From Paramoeba atlantica (taxonomy: Eukaryota > Protista > Discosea): a stretch of DNA of 64,000 nucleotides. The position numbers and the translations under genes are program-made. The notes beneath the pieces were generated by a model that searched no databases, had not been told where the DNA came from, and saw only the letters and a program-made list of their open reading frames with translations. This document shows, in pieces, positions 8,210 to 19,003 of the stretch. Where the stretch lies: NCBI GenBank assembly GCA_977017575.1, contig CDRNVI010000044.1, forward strand, positions 744,001 through 808,000, given 5' to 3'. Within the stretch, counting starts at the first letter, position 1, and each line of letters starts with the position of its first letter.

Positions 8210-8980
8210 TTATGTTCGGATTCTTTGCGGATAGAAATGGATATTTTTAGGTGGAGGCTTTGGTAGTACGTCATCAAAATAATTGCGCGTCATATCGCAG
8301 CTCAGCAGGGCACAAGGCATATGACGTACGTCTGCTGTTCCAGTAAAATAATTCGTGCCCAGAAAAAGTAGCTGCATTTCATGAGGCAGCTGTCCGAGTT
8401 CAACATTTCCAATAAATTCATTTTCATGCAAAGTGAGTGAGCGCAAAGTGGAAGGTAGTAACTGAAGCGTATCTAAAACATCAAAATAATTACTCTCAAC
8501 GTCAAAATGCTGCAACCCGGCGGGAAGATGCCGCAGTAACAGGCTCCCACAGAGTGCGTTAAAAGAGAGGCTCACATCCTGAAGTGAGGCAGGTAAATCT
8601 GCAGTGTTGATTGGTCCCGTAAAGTTGTTCCCATCAAGCCGAAGTTCCCAAACATTATTCGGAAGAAAAAGGGGCAATATCAATCCTGTTAGACGATTCT
8701 GCGTGAGTCTTAAGCTATCCATTTCGTACGGCGCATATTCCCAGAAGGGGGTTCCGATCAGTCCTTTGTTCGACCAATCGATGCTAATTGCACGATCCAT
8801 TGTTTCGAGGCACCGAACTCCATGCCAATCACATACAGAACTCTCCACTACCCAAGAAGGGTGCCACTGAGTTACATTTTGTATGAACTTAAGAAGTCGA
8901 TGCTCTACAGGCAAATTGAATTGACTTATTCGCGCACGCCGGGTAGGGGACGCATGATCCTGCGGACGAACTGCTAACAT
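8210..8980 (-). CDS. Leucine-rich-repeat protein (plant-type LRR with N-cap)
   Basis: N-cap SSVCDWHGVRC followed by repeats such as LRLTQNRLTG, LRLDGNNFTG, VSLSFNALCG and LTLHENEFIG. Confidence 0.85.
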   Translation of the reverse strand: MLAVRPQDHASPTRRARISQFNLPVEHRLLKFIQNVTQWHPSWVVESSVCDWHGVRCLETMDRAISIDWSNKGLIGTPFWEYAPYEMDSLRLTQNRLTGLILPLFLPNNVWELRLDGNNFTGPINTADLPASLQDVSLSFNALCGSLLLRHLPAGLQHFDVESNYFDVLDTLQLLPSTLRSLTLHENEFIGNVELGQLPHEMQLLFLGTNYFTGTADVRHMPCALLSCDMTRNYFDDVLPKPPPKNIHFYPQRIRT

Positions 8981-9179
8981 TGAACGGATTTTTTAGAAAT
9001 ATTTTCTTAAACTTCTTATTACCAAAGTAAGGGATTAATTAAATTTAAATGCAATTGATACCAAGCGTAGAGTAACACTACTGACGCATATAGTACATAC
9101 TCCCCCTTTCATAATTCTTTATAAACATAAACTATAAGTGTTTCGGCGATTAATATTAATTTATAAAATTTATAATACA

Positions 9180-9266
9180 TGAGGGGCTGCGGGTGACGTT
9201 AACCGCGGTCTCGCACGGTCTCGGCGCTGTCTCGCGCGGTCTCGGCGCTGTCTCGCGAGGTCTCAT
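9180..9266 (+). repeat. 19-bp motif TGAGGGGCTGCGGGTGACG followed by GGTCTCG-type short tandem repeats (possible transposon-end relic)
   Basis: Identical 19-mer at 44855-44873, where it is followed by GGTTTC-type repeats. Here a 21-bp unit GGTCTCGGCGCTGTCTCGCGC occurs about twice. Confidence 0.55.
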
Positions 9267-9905
9267 AGTTGTAAAAGGGTGTAATGATATTTTAGAGATT
9301 GTCAAATAGTTTTCGTTTATAGTATACGTCTAAGCAATTTCAATCGCAATTGCGTCTACGCAATTTCAATTGCAATAAATAGAGCGAAGTTGAACACAGA
9401 CCAAGACTGATATTAAAAAATCAATAAAACTAAACCAATTTACTTCTTTCGCTTCCGCGGTTTCCTAGGTTCGTAGGGCACATAAATTATGTGTTCCTTG
9501 AGCAAGTCGCGACTTGTACCAGTTTTCTCGACAACTTCACATCCCTCACTGCACCAACATTTATTCGAATGGTCAATCTTTCGGAGAGACGCAAGAAGAG
9601 AAAATCAACTTTTTTACTATTTTTTGTGCTTTTTGCAAAAACAATCGTCCTAAATTTCATTATTTTCGAAATGTGAAATATCAGACTTACTGTCCTCCCC
9701 ACTTAAACGCAACCAGGTTTTGGCCTAAAATTGCGCATAAGTAGCCGGGTCAAAAAAGGGTGAAATTTTTTTTTCTTGAAAAAAGTTACTTTCTACACTA
9801 CAGTACTTTACTGTTCACTGAATAATACATACATGTAAATAACCAATACACCATGCAAAAGTGTGCATTAACCTCCACGTTCTTGAATATCATGAAAAGA
9901 AACTC

Positions 9906-12341
9906 TTAATTTCGTAATATGCGACACGCATCGCGAAAATAAGAGTGACGGACGACATCGCTACTGTGTGATGCTAAGCTTTCAAGTCGCTGCAAGCAAA
10001 TACCTCGAATCTCTTTGCTGACTGGAGCATGTACTGATTCGGCCCAATTAGATTTGTAGCTCACAAGCGCATCACGAAGAAGATGCAACAAACTTTCATA
10101 CGTTTGATCAGCACTGACCTCATTGGGCCGATGGAGTAACTCACACAGTGCGAGGCAAAGTGACATTGCATTCTCCGAAGACAATTTGCCATCGACCACA
10201 ACATCTGACCATACATCTATAGGGCATGCTGTTGTGAGAATCCATCGTACCAGTTCCAGATCACGAATCTCTAGTGCTCGCCCTAAAGCTACATCTAGCA
10301 TACCTTGAGAAATCAAATCCTGGATCGCAATTTCTGAGGAATTTTGCTTATTTTCACATGTAGCCAATATATTATCAAGTTCAGAGCTTATCCCTTCCAT
10401 TGAGACATTTGAAGTAAACGTTTCCCCGATTAGACGAGAAAACGCCTTTTGCTTGGTGTTGAGCACTCTATTCAATGATGAGTCGCTCATTACATCTTTT
10501 CTGAAAATCCCTTCCACAGATTCGCCTAAATGAGTAGAAATTCCATGCAATGCAATCTCAACCTCCGAAATGATGGTGCCAGAAATATGCTTCTTGGAGC
10601 TCGCTGTAAGAGTGTCTAAGGATGGGAGTTTTTCGTATTTGCTTCGCGTTGATAAAACAGGCATGTTGTCTACTAAGGTCGATAGGCGTCGTACAAAGGA
10701 AGCCCGCTTTGCGCTCCGTGCGCTCTCATTCTGAGTTATAAGAGAAACATCCTTGTGAAGAATACCTATGTTTTTGGTAGTTTGTTGAAGAGATCGGGTG
10801 GCTCGACGTGCTCGCGATAATATAGCATCGATACTTGATAATGTACTACGTACTTCATCCTTTGACTCTTTTTCGTGTCGAGATGAGCAATGTGCCACTG
10901 CGTCCGCCTGGGAAGCTTTATTCTCACCGGGCCAATGCCCGCTGATAAGCTCTGTTTTGCCGAACCATGGTTTATGAACAGCAGTATGTTTTTGGCCCAT
11001 AGATTCGGCCTTGACGTTTTTACGAGCATTTGTGAGAAGATTCATAATCTGTGGAACTTTTTGAAGCTTTTCACCAAGATAAATATCTGGCAAAATATCT
11101 TCTCCCTTATTCGACAAAACATTGGCGGTTGAATGAGCAATCATGTAAGAAGACTTAAGCTCGTAGGTTTGCATATTCTCACTGTCACGGACAACGAGGC
11201 GAAACAAAGCAGCATTGTCTTCTGTAGGACCAACAAAAATGCAGGCATGGGTATCCATTTGCAGGGGTTTCTCAAGCTGTAATTCTGTCACAGCAGATAT
11301 GCGAATCTCATTTGGAGGCGAGCCTTCTGTTGTTCCAATTATTACCGTACTACTTTTTTCGCTTACCACTGCAAACATACCATGTGAAGGCGCCAAATGA
11401 AATAAGAAGCTTTCACCTCCGGACCCGAACCCAATAGATTGAATACAATGGGGGAAGCTATCCTGGATATTCCATACTCGAAGCCAGCTATTTTGCCTTG
11501 AAGTAGTAATCAACACACCAGTTTTTCCTGCGAAAAATATCTGGGTTACAGGCTGACCTGCGTGAGGGACCCAAGAATGATGAGGCACGGTGGAGGGCAT
11601 CAGATACGTTGATATGACACCATCACAGCTTGCAGCTAGCCAGAGTCCATCAGCGGATATGTCGAAACATTCGTCACATTTCATAAGACCGGAAATGGTT
11701 CCTTCCACTAGCTCCTCTTTTTCCTCGTTTCCGTCGTCTTGTTCTCCTCGTCGCGGAGTAAGACGGAACAAATTCCCGTCTGCATGCAAAAGAAGAAAAT
11801 TCTTCGAGGCTGTAAGTCTTCCCTGCACGTCATACGACATAAACCCACAGATGGCCTTTATCTGCGAAAGTCCGCTACATTCACATTGCAACCGTACTCG
11901 TGCGACCAGATTACTATCGCCTCGTTGTATTTGATGCACCAATATCTTTCCATCATCTCCTACCGACGCGATGAATTCGTCTGAACCGTTGACAAAGGTC
12001 AGATCAACAACAGAAGCGGAGTGCCCACGCAGGAGGCATCGGAAATTGTGATCATCGACTACGCGAATAACGGGGTGAGATTTCAACGTGAAGGCAAGAT
12101 AGGGTGGGTTGAGAGCAACGGATCGATAGGGAGCATTGCGTCCCTTCCAGTGCTCCGTAGGAAAAACGTTAAGCGGCTTCGGGGGTAATACGAGCGCGGT
12201 AAGCTGGGAGCCATCAAAATGATTCGATGGTTCATCTATAAGAGGGGAACCGGAGGGAAGATAGACAACCGAGTCACTCAGCGGGGGAGGAATCCATAAT
12301 TTGTGTCCGCATGGAGATTCCAGAGGAGTGGTAATTTCCAT
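9906..12341 (-). CDS. EDC4/Ge-1/VARICOSE-like WD40 + coiled-coil + C-terminal helical domain protein
   Basis: N-terminal VALNPPYLAF...IRVV...RCLLRGHSASVVDLTF...IASVGDDGKILVHQI (Ge1_WD40-like). Central coiled coil. C-terminal LISQGMLDVALGRALEIRDLELVRWIL...LSSENAMSL (Ge-1 C-terminal-like). Confidence 0.68.
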   Translation of the reverse strand: MEITTPLESPCGHKLWIPPPLSDSVVYLPSGSPLIDEPSNHFDGSQLTALVLPPKPLNVFPTEHWKGRNAPYRSVALNPPYLAFTLKSHPVIRVVDDHNFRCLLRGHSASVVDLTFVNGSDEFIASVGDDGKILVHQIQRGDSNLVARVRLQCECSGLSQIKAICGFMSYDVQGRLTASKNFLLLHADGNLFRLTPRRGEQDDGNEEKEELVEGTISGLMKCDECFDISADGLWLAASCDGVISTYLMPSTVPHHSWVPHAGQPVTQIFFAGKTGVLITTSRQNSWLRVWNIQDSFPHCIQSIGFGSGGESFLFHLAPSHGMFAVVSEKSSTVIIGTTEGSPPNEIRISAVTELQLEKPLQMDTHACIFVGPTEDNAALFRLVVRDSENMQTYELKSSYMIAHSTANVLSNKGEDILPDIYLGEKLQKVPQIMNLLTNARKNVKAESMGQKHTAVHKPWFGKTELISGHWPGENKASQADAVAHCSSRHEKESKDEVRSTLSSIDAILSRARRATRSLQQTTKNIGILHKDVSLITQNESARSAKRASFVRRLSTLVDNMPVLSTRSKYEKLPSLDTLTASSKKHISGTIISEVEIALHGISTHLGESVEGIFRKDVMSDSSLNRVLNTKQKAFSRLIGETFTSNVSMEGISSELDNILATCENKQNSSEIAIQDLISQGMLDVALGRALEIRDLELVRWILTTACPIDVWSDVVVDGKLSSENAMSLCLALCELLHRPNEVSADQTYESLLHLLRDALVSYKSNWAESVHAPVSKEIRGICLQRLESLASHSSDVVRHSYFRDACRILRN

Positions 12342-12642
12342 GATTGGAACGAAGAAAAAAATTAAAGCAATGATCAGATGAGACTAGGTTAAGCATAACA
12401 ATGTTTATCAATCTTTGAGATGAATAATATTTATTTACGCTGTTTAGTACGTTGTACGATGAAATGTAATGCTACAATGCTAGACTATGAGTACATGAAG
12501 CGCCTTCTGCCTTTACGATGCGGGCCGATAAACCATTACAACAGCATATTCTATACATTCAAAGGGGGACGTTTTCAACATATTTACTCACGGCTCGATA
12601 TTAGTTAGCAGTTCCATGTAACGCACTTATTAACTGCAATAA

Positions 12643-13962
12643 TCAACCAGAAGCCCATAGCAGAACGTCGCCATTGCCAAGAGCAGTTGCCATCTGTTCG
12701 TATCGCGGATTGAATTTAACATGACAAACAGATGTGAAGTGCCCACGAGTTGGGGAAACGCTGCTATTCGAGTGTCGGTCAGAATGTAGAATCTGTAGTG
12801 TAGTGCGGGTGCGCACATTCCAAAAATGGGTTGTACCCTGACGAGTTCCCTTAGCAAGAACAGGGAACACTTGACTTTCCTTACTGTTGTTCGTTCTCTT
12901 GCGATCCTCACCATTTTCTGACCATTTAACAGGTTTCTGTAGGGACACAGTGCCATCAACCTCTGACATTGCTGTTATTATTCGATTGGCCCCTCCCAAC
13001 CAGCGGTTCGACCAATATGTGGGAGCAAAAGCGCAGTGAAGACCACGAGAACTGGGATGGGCATCTCCCCTTAGCGGTGTGTGTATCTCACCCACACAGG
13101 ACCCCGTCAATGCGTCCAGCACAAGGACCTCATCATTCAACGAAGTAACGGCAATGAATGCCCCATCCTCCGAAAAACATAAAGCGCACAGCGGAAGTAG
13201 AGAGGGTGTGGAGTCTGGGCGGGTGGTAACATCAAGTGTTCCCACCTTTCGAGTGTTACGCGCCCAGGACGAAACGTTGGCACGAGAAAATACCGAACGC
13301 TTTTGCGAAAACCCATCATGAAGGTGTAGTGAGGTTGAAAACGATGAGTATGATTTCTCCGATGTATTCTGGAATCGCAGAGTAAATTTGGCAAAGGGTC
13401 CGGCGGACATGTTGCGAACGTCGTACAACATCAGTTTTCGATTTCCATCCGCAACTGCTAACACACGTGGTTGCGAGGGGTCGAATTCGCAGAGCAAACG
13501 GCCACCTTTAATTTCCAGATCTCGAATCTCTAGAAGAGGTCCACTGTACGAAGTGCTCCACAGTCTCACCGTGCCGTCAAGAGAGGCACTCGCAAGCACG
13601 CCCCGTGGGTCATGAGGGGAGGCAGATAGACTCGTGATCTCGGCTTGATGGCCTCTGTAGTACCCGCTATACTGTGCTGTTGCGAGTGATAATGCACAAA
13701 GATCGAATGCGCCTTCTTTTCTGGAGGTGTGGGCTACCATAGGATCGGTAGTATCATCAATCTGGTTACCGCAGAAAGGAAGAAATTGGGCGAATTCGCA
13801 CCCACGTGTTGTTTCGTACCCAGCCAGGTGGACTCCAGAAACACAGTCATAAAGGTGTATGTTGTGATCTTCAGAAGAAGAGACTAAGTATCGCCCTCCA
13901 GAGCTAAAACTTATTCCATTGACGCGAAGAGTGTGTTGTGTAAACTGCGCACTGCAACTCAT
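12643..13962 (-). CDS. WDR82: WDR82/Swd2-like WD40 protein
   Basis: VNGISFSSGGRYLVSSSEDHNIHLYDC, YYRGHQAEITSLSASP, SASLDGTVRLW and LYDVRNMSAGPFAKF match the WDR82 pattern. Confidence 0.78.
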   Translation of the reverse strand: MSCSAQFTQHTLRVNGISFSSGGRYLVSSSEDHNIHLYDCVSGVHLAGYETTRGCEFAQFLPFCGNQIDDTTDPMVAHTSRKEGAFDLCALSLATAQYSGYYRGHQAEITSLSASPHDPRGVLASASLDGTVRLWSTSYSGPLLEIRDLEIKGGRLLCEFDPSQPRVLAVADGNRKLMLYDVRNMSAGPFAKFTLRFQNTSEKSYSSFSTSLHLHDGFSQKRSVFSRANVSSWARNTRKVGTLDVTTRPDSTPSLLPLCALCFSEDGAFIAVTSLNDEVLVLDALTGSCVGEIHTPLRGDAHPSSRGLHCAFAPTYWSNRWLGGANRIITAMSEVDGTVSLQKPVKWSENGEDRKRTNNSKESQVFPVLAKGTRQGTTHFWNVRTRTTLQILHSDRHSNSSVSPTRGHFTSVCHVKFNPRYEQMATALGNGDVLLWASG

Positions 13963-14473
13963 CCCGCGATATTCAAGCGAATTGTTTGTCTATACAACGC
14001 CTTCACCCCGTAAGATTACTAACGTAATATGCCACAAGGTGTGATTGCGTGTCGGTATATCTAGCATGTGAGCGACCTTCTACTTCGTGGATTGGTTATT
14101 CAATCATATGGTATGCTCAACAGCACGACTTCGGAAACACTGTGAAAATATCATCAGAATGCTAGTTCGCTTTTTCTCACGAAAATGTTTCTGAAAACTT
14201 GTAAGTAGAAACTTACTTTAAAGAAATTCTGCTTTACATAGTTTTTATTCGTACTTTTCGAGTTTAAGACACAGCGTAGAAACAAATGGGTATCAACAAT
14301 CGGAATGTACATTTTCTACGCTTGCAGAAATCTTTAATATATTCAGTGCGTTGACATAATAAATGCAGTTCCTCGTATTTAGAGCACTCAACTTTTTAAT
14401 AGACTTCTATTTAATAGTTTGATTAACTACTAAAAGTACAATTTAAAAATATTAAATAGACCCAGTAAACGAT

Positions 14474-17400
14474 TTAGTTTCTTCCCGTACCCCGTCGTGT
14501 AGTTGCTTTCTTGTAGTGCAACCAAGTCATCATAGGACTGACGTAGACTGTGCCCGTCTTCTTCAGAGCGGTATAGGCTTTATAATATTTCTCTGACGCA
14601 CGTTCTACTCTATCCCAGTCTACGGTGCTGTTCATTAATTTGTGCCGCCCACTGGGTCGTCGAACTGGGACTTCTACAGTAGGCACATATTCGGGACCCA
14701 GATCCGTCTTTTTCGCCTCGGACAGCACTCTAGATACCTGCGCACTACCGTACTCCCAGTTGTCAACATAGCCCTCATAACGATCACTGTCGATTTTAAG
14801 TATTCCCCCCGTCACACGATCGCCAGCAATCGATCGAAGACGCCGCTCTCCTTGTAGGTCCAGCAGCGGCCTTCCGCCATAGGTGTGTGAAAAAGCACGC
14901 AAGTCGCAAACTCTAGCTCGAAGCGAAACGTTGCGGTTTTGTATATCCACGTAACGTTGGTAGGAGCCTGCCAAATCATACTTACGAAAAGTGTTCATGT
15001 CATGGTAGGTGCAGTGTCCAACCTCCAAGGGGAGATTATGTTCGCTTGAAGAAAGACCCACGGGACCCACACGTTGGCGCATGCTTTGTTCAAGTAACGC
15101 CGTGAGACGGTTCGGTACAATGGTACACCGGAAATAGATATCACGTGCCAATGACAGTAAGGCAAGTCGAGCGTCGTACCAGGAACTCAAGAGAAGAGCC
15201 ATTGTACCGGCAGTTCTGCTTTGCACCACGAATTCAGCGTCCGAACAGCGTTCTCTAACGTGGTATAATTTTCCTGATATATTAATCTCTCGCAGGTTTC
15301 GTAGCAGAAGAGCCGTGGAGGAATGTGTTGCCCCTCTCCGGAGTTCCTCAAAATGATCCTGTAAATCCCCTTCTTTTACAAAGGAATCATCTTTTAGCAA
15401 AACAGAAAGATCAACAAAGCATTGCGAGTAATCATCCTTATCAGAGACTATTGATTCCATAAAGTTTCGTCGAGCCATCCTCTTTCCGGACTTCGTCGAA
15501 GATTTTGACTGCAACTCATGTGCTGCTTGACTGCTCTCTTTGTCCTCATAGGATCGAACGATTGTACCGCATTCTTTTAGCGCAAATTGAAGTCTTTGAT
15601 CAATAAGTTCACCCCACTGATGAAAAAAATCCCATTTAGGATACTCTTCTTTGACCCAACCGTCAAGTATCGGCCGCAAAATAGAGAAATGCGTTAAAAA
15701 AGCACAATGCCTTCGGCATAGGGACGATACGGCTTCTTTTTCGTGATTACAGTGTGTAGCTAAATGAGTCACAAATTGCCTTAATTCGTCAGCGAAAGTG
15801 CTCGACATGTTTGCCGAGTTTTGGTGCTTGCGGTTACTTGCATTTGGTTGCGTATAGTGAGTAATCGATTTCGTTATTCCACCTGTGGGATGCGCTCCTG
15901 AGTTAGCCGGCGGACCCCCTGTAACTGAAATAGAAGCGACAGCGTCTCGAAGAAAATAACTGTAGTCACTAGAGCGAAACATTGATAGCCACTTTTTAGC
16001 GACATCCTCGGCATCTTTTCGCATCTCGTAACGTTTCTGATATAATTCGCGATACAAAGATAGCGAGCGAAGAAGTCTTTTGCAGACTTGCTCCTCGTTT
16101 GTCTGATTGCCACGTTGTGCACTATCCTTAAGGTCCCGTATACCTGCATCCTTGTAAGATAGTCTGGAAAAAGGGGAATGTGCCGATCCTCGGGCCGAAT
16201 GAGGAGAAAACTCACGTTGAAGTTCTTCCCAATTGGTTCCATGTTGTAGAGAAAGTAAGGCATTAAGAACCTTTTTTGATGCGAGTAAATGTGGAAGCAA
16301 ACGCATGATACAGTTATTCCAATGATCTGCTTTATCAAGTGATAGAAATGCCCGAAGCCGTTGCTGGGCGATATCGGCTCCCGGACTTGATAGAGTTGTG
16401 TCTTGGCCTTCATCTGCCCAGGATGGTGCATCAGGAATCAAAGCAAGATGTTCTAAGTTTTCTTTCTGAATTTCTGTCATATTAGAAGAAACATTCCCTC
16501 CGGATTGAGGCTCTGTAATCTTGAAACTCATGATGTTTACCCCACGTAGCTCGAAAATGTCTACAACGTGATGTGCCAGCATTGGATTCAAAGCTAGCGC
16601 TTTGCAGAGCATACTACGTAGCAAAGCCCGTTCGTGAAGCAAAGTGATTTCGATGAAGCGCAGAGGAGAATTTTCGTGCATGTATGGATCTGTTACAGGA
16701 TAAACCCAATCACTTGTGGAAATATCTTGACCCATCTTATTGAGCTCGGAGGAATCATTCCATTCCGGTGGAACACGTAACCGAAAGACCTGCTTTTCGT
16801 TTCCTGACGACCCATCAACAGTCAGGGTTACATCGTGAGAATAACTTTGAGGATGTTCGAAAGTCATAAATGTCAGCAAATACCGTAGGGCACTGAGCAG
16901 ACGATGATTACAAAAAATCGCAAACGAACTCTTGTCAAATGGCGTTGTTTCAGTGCGATCAGTCTGGCTTGCTCCGTAGAATTCTAAGAATGTAAGAAGA
17001 GTTTTCATTTTTGAATTATCGCGAAAGTCGAGCAAAGGAGCTAATAGCTCGTGTGCAACTACCGACAAGTCAAGTATAGACGACTTTCGTAGTACGCTGT
17101 CCAGAAACCTGGAAAAATCACTTTTCTTGTCCAGCGTTGTAAATTGTGCGTTCGTCATGGCCTTCTCTGTTTCTTGCATTTGAAGAGCAGCAGGAGGGTG
17201 TAATTTTCCGGAAGGTAGCGGGACGATACTCTTTGAAATAATCTCACTCAGACCATTATTCGGTGATAAGGCGAAACATTGAGGTGAATAATGCAACATT
17301 TGGCTAGATCTTATGGCTTGGAGCATTAATATGAAGCAATACGCTGTTCGTTTCGCGCATCGAATTTCGGAGAAAGGTATCGCGGTATTCAGTCCGGTGG

Positions 17401-18676
17401 TCCGATACATCCCATGAACGTTTCGAGCTTCACCCTCGGTTAGCGTTTCCCACTTTGCCCGCAGTGATTCGTTGTATAGCAGCAAAGGAGCTTCTTCAGC
17501 AAGGTTGCTCAAAAACTCCTTGAAAAGTGGAGCCACACCCTCACTTTGTTGTAATTCATAGAAAGTCATACAAACCCATTCTTCTGCTAGAGACGTCAAT
17601 AATATACGGTATATCATGCTTTGCTCGTATATTGTACCCAACTTTCTTAGTCGATGTGATACGTTTTCCCCGAATCTCTCACTATGTCCGCTGGATGTGA
17701 GCTCAGAAAGCCATGCGGAGGCCGCCTCTCCAACTCTCATATTACGGAAACAAATACTTTGAGTTAGTTGAGTGAACGTTTCATAGCTCAAAACACTTTC
17801 CATCCCTTGTTTATCTTCCGAGGCCAATTCCCCAAGAATAGATTCCTCAAAAACGTTTCCCTCTTTGGTAATTTCTCTTGCTTTATCCCAGACATGGATT
17901 AGCGTACGGGAAAATTGAAGTGAATAATGATGGAAGCTGTGCTCAAGGACTGCATTGCGTTTGTGCTGCTTTTCCTCCGAGGCTCGGAGCTTGGAAGGCA
18001 AAACTGTTTGTATCTCCTGAATCACACGAACGAAGGCCTTCCCCTGATCGGGATCTATTGATTTCTTTTGTTTAGAACCCACCTCAAGCACGTTTGTAAC
18101 TTCACTCCGTAACTCGGAGGTGTTCTTGACATTGGTTTTTCCTTCGGAACATAAATGATGTACTAAGCTGTGGTACTGGAGTGGGTTTGATAGTACATGG
18201 CTAGGGTGAAAGTTATCTAACCATGCTGAAAGCGGCAATGTCAAGTTATCCAAATCAGCACGAGTCACATCTTCATTAGTACAGATCGATTCATCGGAAG
18301 AGTGATTCGTCTCTCTCGTACGTGCCAACCAGGGCCAGGAAAGGTCTGTTGCCTTATCGGGGCTTAACAATGATGTGTGCCGATAGAGCGCTTCGGTTGC
18401 ATTCGGAAATGGGGGCACAGAAGGGACATTGGGCTTAACACGTATGTAAGGGTCTAGTGTTGGATGGGTGCCTTCACCCTTGTCAGGCGTTGTAGGGGTC
18501 AACGACTTGCTCACCGGTTTTCGAAACGTGTCTTCGGGGCGGTAAGTACCTGCATGATAGGCGTGGGGCGAACTACCTGTAAAAGAGCTCGCTGAAGGGT
18601 TTGAACTCTGAGTTGCGTAAAAACGATAAGCGGAACGAACAACTCGATGTGATTCTTGGAATAAATTTGGAGGCAT
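14474..18676 (-). CDS. 1400-aa kinetoplastid-type protein, probably mitochondrial; tentatively a mitoribosomal SSU protein (mS48-like, from recall)
   Basis: Very long intact ORF with a transit-peptide-like N-terminus. The N-terminal TYRPEDTFRKPVSK...LDPYIR and C-terminal IDSDRYEGYVDNW...TWLHY blocks resemble a trypanosomatid mitoribosome protein. Identity is unverified. Confidence 0.55.
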   Translation of the reverse strand: MPPNLFQESHRVVRSAYRFYATQSSNPSASSFTGSSPHAYHAGTYRPEDTFRKPVSKSLTPTTPDKGEGTHPTLDPYIRVKPNVPSVPPFPNATEALYRHTSLLSPDKATDLSWPWLARTRETNHSSDESICTNEDVTRADLDNLTLPLSAWLDNFHPSHVLSNPLQYHSLVHHLCSEGKTNVKNTSELRSEVTNVLEVGSKQKKSIDPDQGKAFVRVIQEIQTVLPSKLRASEEKQHKRNAVLEHSFHHYSLQFSRTLIHVWDKAREITKEGNVFEESILGELASEDKQGMESVLSYETFTQLTQSICFRNMRVGEAASAWLSELTSSGHSERFGENVSHRLRKLGTIYEQSMIYRILLTSLAEEWVCMTFYELQQSEGVAPLFKEFLSNLAEEAPLLLYNESLRAKWETLTEGEARNVHGMYRTTGLNTAIPFSEIRCAKRTAYCFILMLQAIRSSQMLHYSPQCFALSPNNGLSEIISKSIVPLPSGKLHPPAALQMQETEKAMTNAQFTTLDKKSDFSRFLDSVLRKSSILDLSVVAHELLAPLLDFRDNSKMKTLLTFLEFYGASQTDRTETTPFDKSSFAIFCNHRLLSALRYLLTFMTFEHPQSYSHDVTLTVDGSSGNEKQVFRLRVPPEWNDSSELNKMGQDISTSDWVYPVTDPYMHENSPLRFIEITLLHERALLRSMLCKALALNPMLAHHVVDIFELRGVNIMSFKITEPQSGGNVSSNMTEIQKENLEHLALIPDAPSWADEGQDTTLSSPGADIAQQRLRAFLSLDKADHWNNCIMRLLPHLLASKKVLNALLSLQHGTNWEELQREFSPHSARGSAHSPFSRLSYKDAGIRDLKDSAQRGNQTNEEQVCKRLLRSLSLYRELYQKRYEMRKDAEDVAKKWLSMFRSSDYSYFLRDAVASISVTGGPPANSGAHPTGGITKSITHYTQPNASNRKHQNSANMSSTFADELRQFVTHLATHCNHEKEAVSSLCRRHCAFLTHFSILRPILDGWVKEEYPKWDFFHQWGELIDQRLQFALKECGTIVRSYEDKESSQAAHELQSKSSTKSGKRMARRNFMESIVSDKDDYSQCFVDLSVLLKDDSFVKEGDLQDHFEELRRGATHSSTALLLRNLREINISGKLYHVRERCSDAEFVVQSRTAGTMALLLSSWYDARLALLSLARDIYFRCTIVPNRLTALLEQSMRQRVGPVGLSSSEHNLPLEVGHCTYHDMNTFRKYDLAGSYQRYVDIQNRNVSLRARVCDLRAFSHTYGGRPLLDLQGERRLRSIAGDRVTGGILKIDSDRYEGYVDNWEYGSAQVSRVLSEAKKTDLGPEYVPTVEVPVRRPSGRHKLMNSTVDWDRVERASEKYYKAYTALKKTGTVYVSPMMTWLHYKKATTRRGTGRN

Positions 18677-19003
18677 GTTCCTGCACTCGAATCGTTCCTT
18701 TACTTTCCACGGCGCATGTGCCGCCTAGCTTTAGCTATATCAATTATGAAGTTATAAGTTCTAATTTTATGGAGAATATGATACGCAATTGAAACAACTT
18801 CCTGTTGTCTCTATTCATCCCTAGATGTGTCATATTTGCTAACAAGATTTCAATATAACATGGAAACCCAGTGAACACCTTGCCGTACATGTAAGTGTGG
18901 GAAAATAATAATCTAATGCGCTCATTAACACAGTAAAGCACGGCACTGTATCAGCTTTGAGCATCAGAATAAACTCATTCTTAATCAAAACATTCTCCAC
19001 CCC

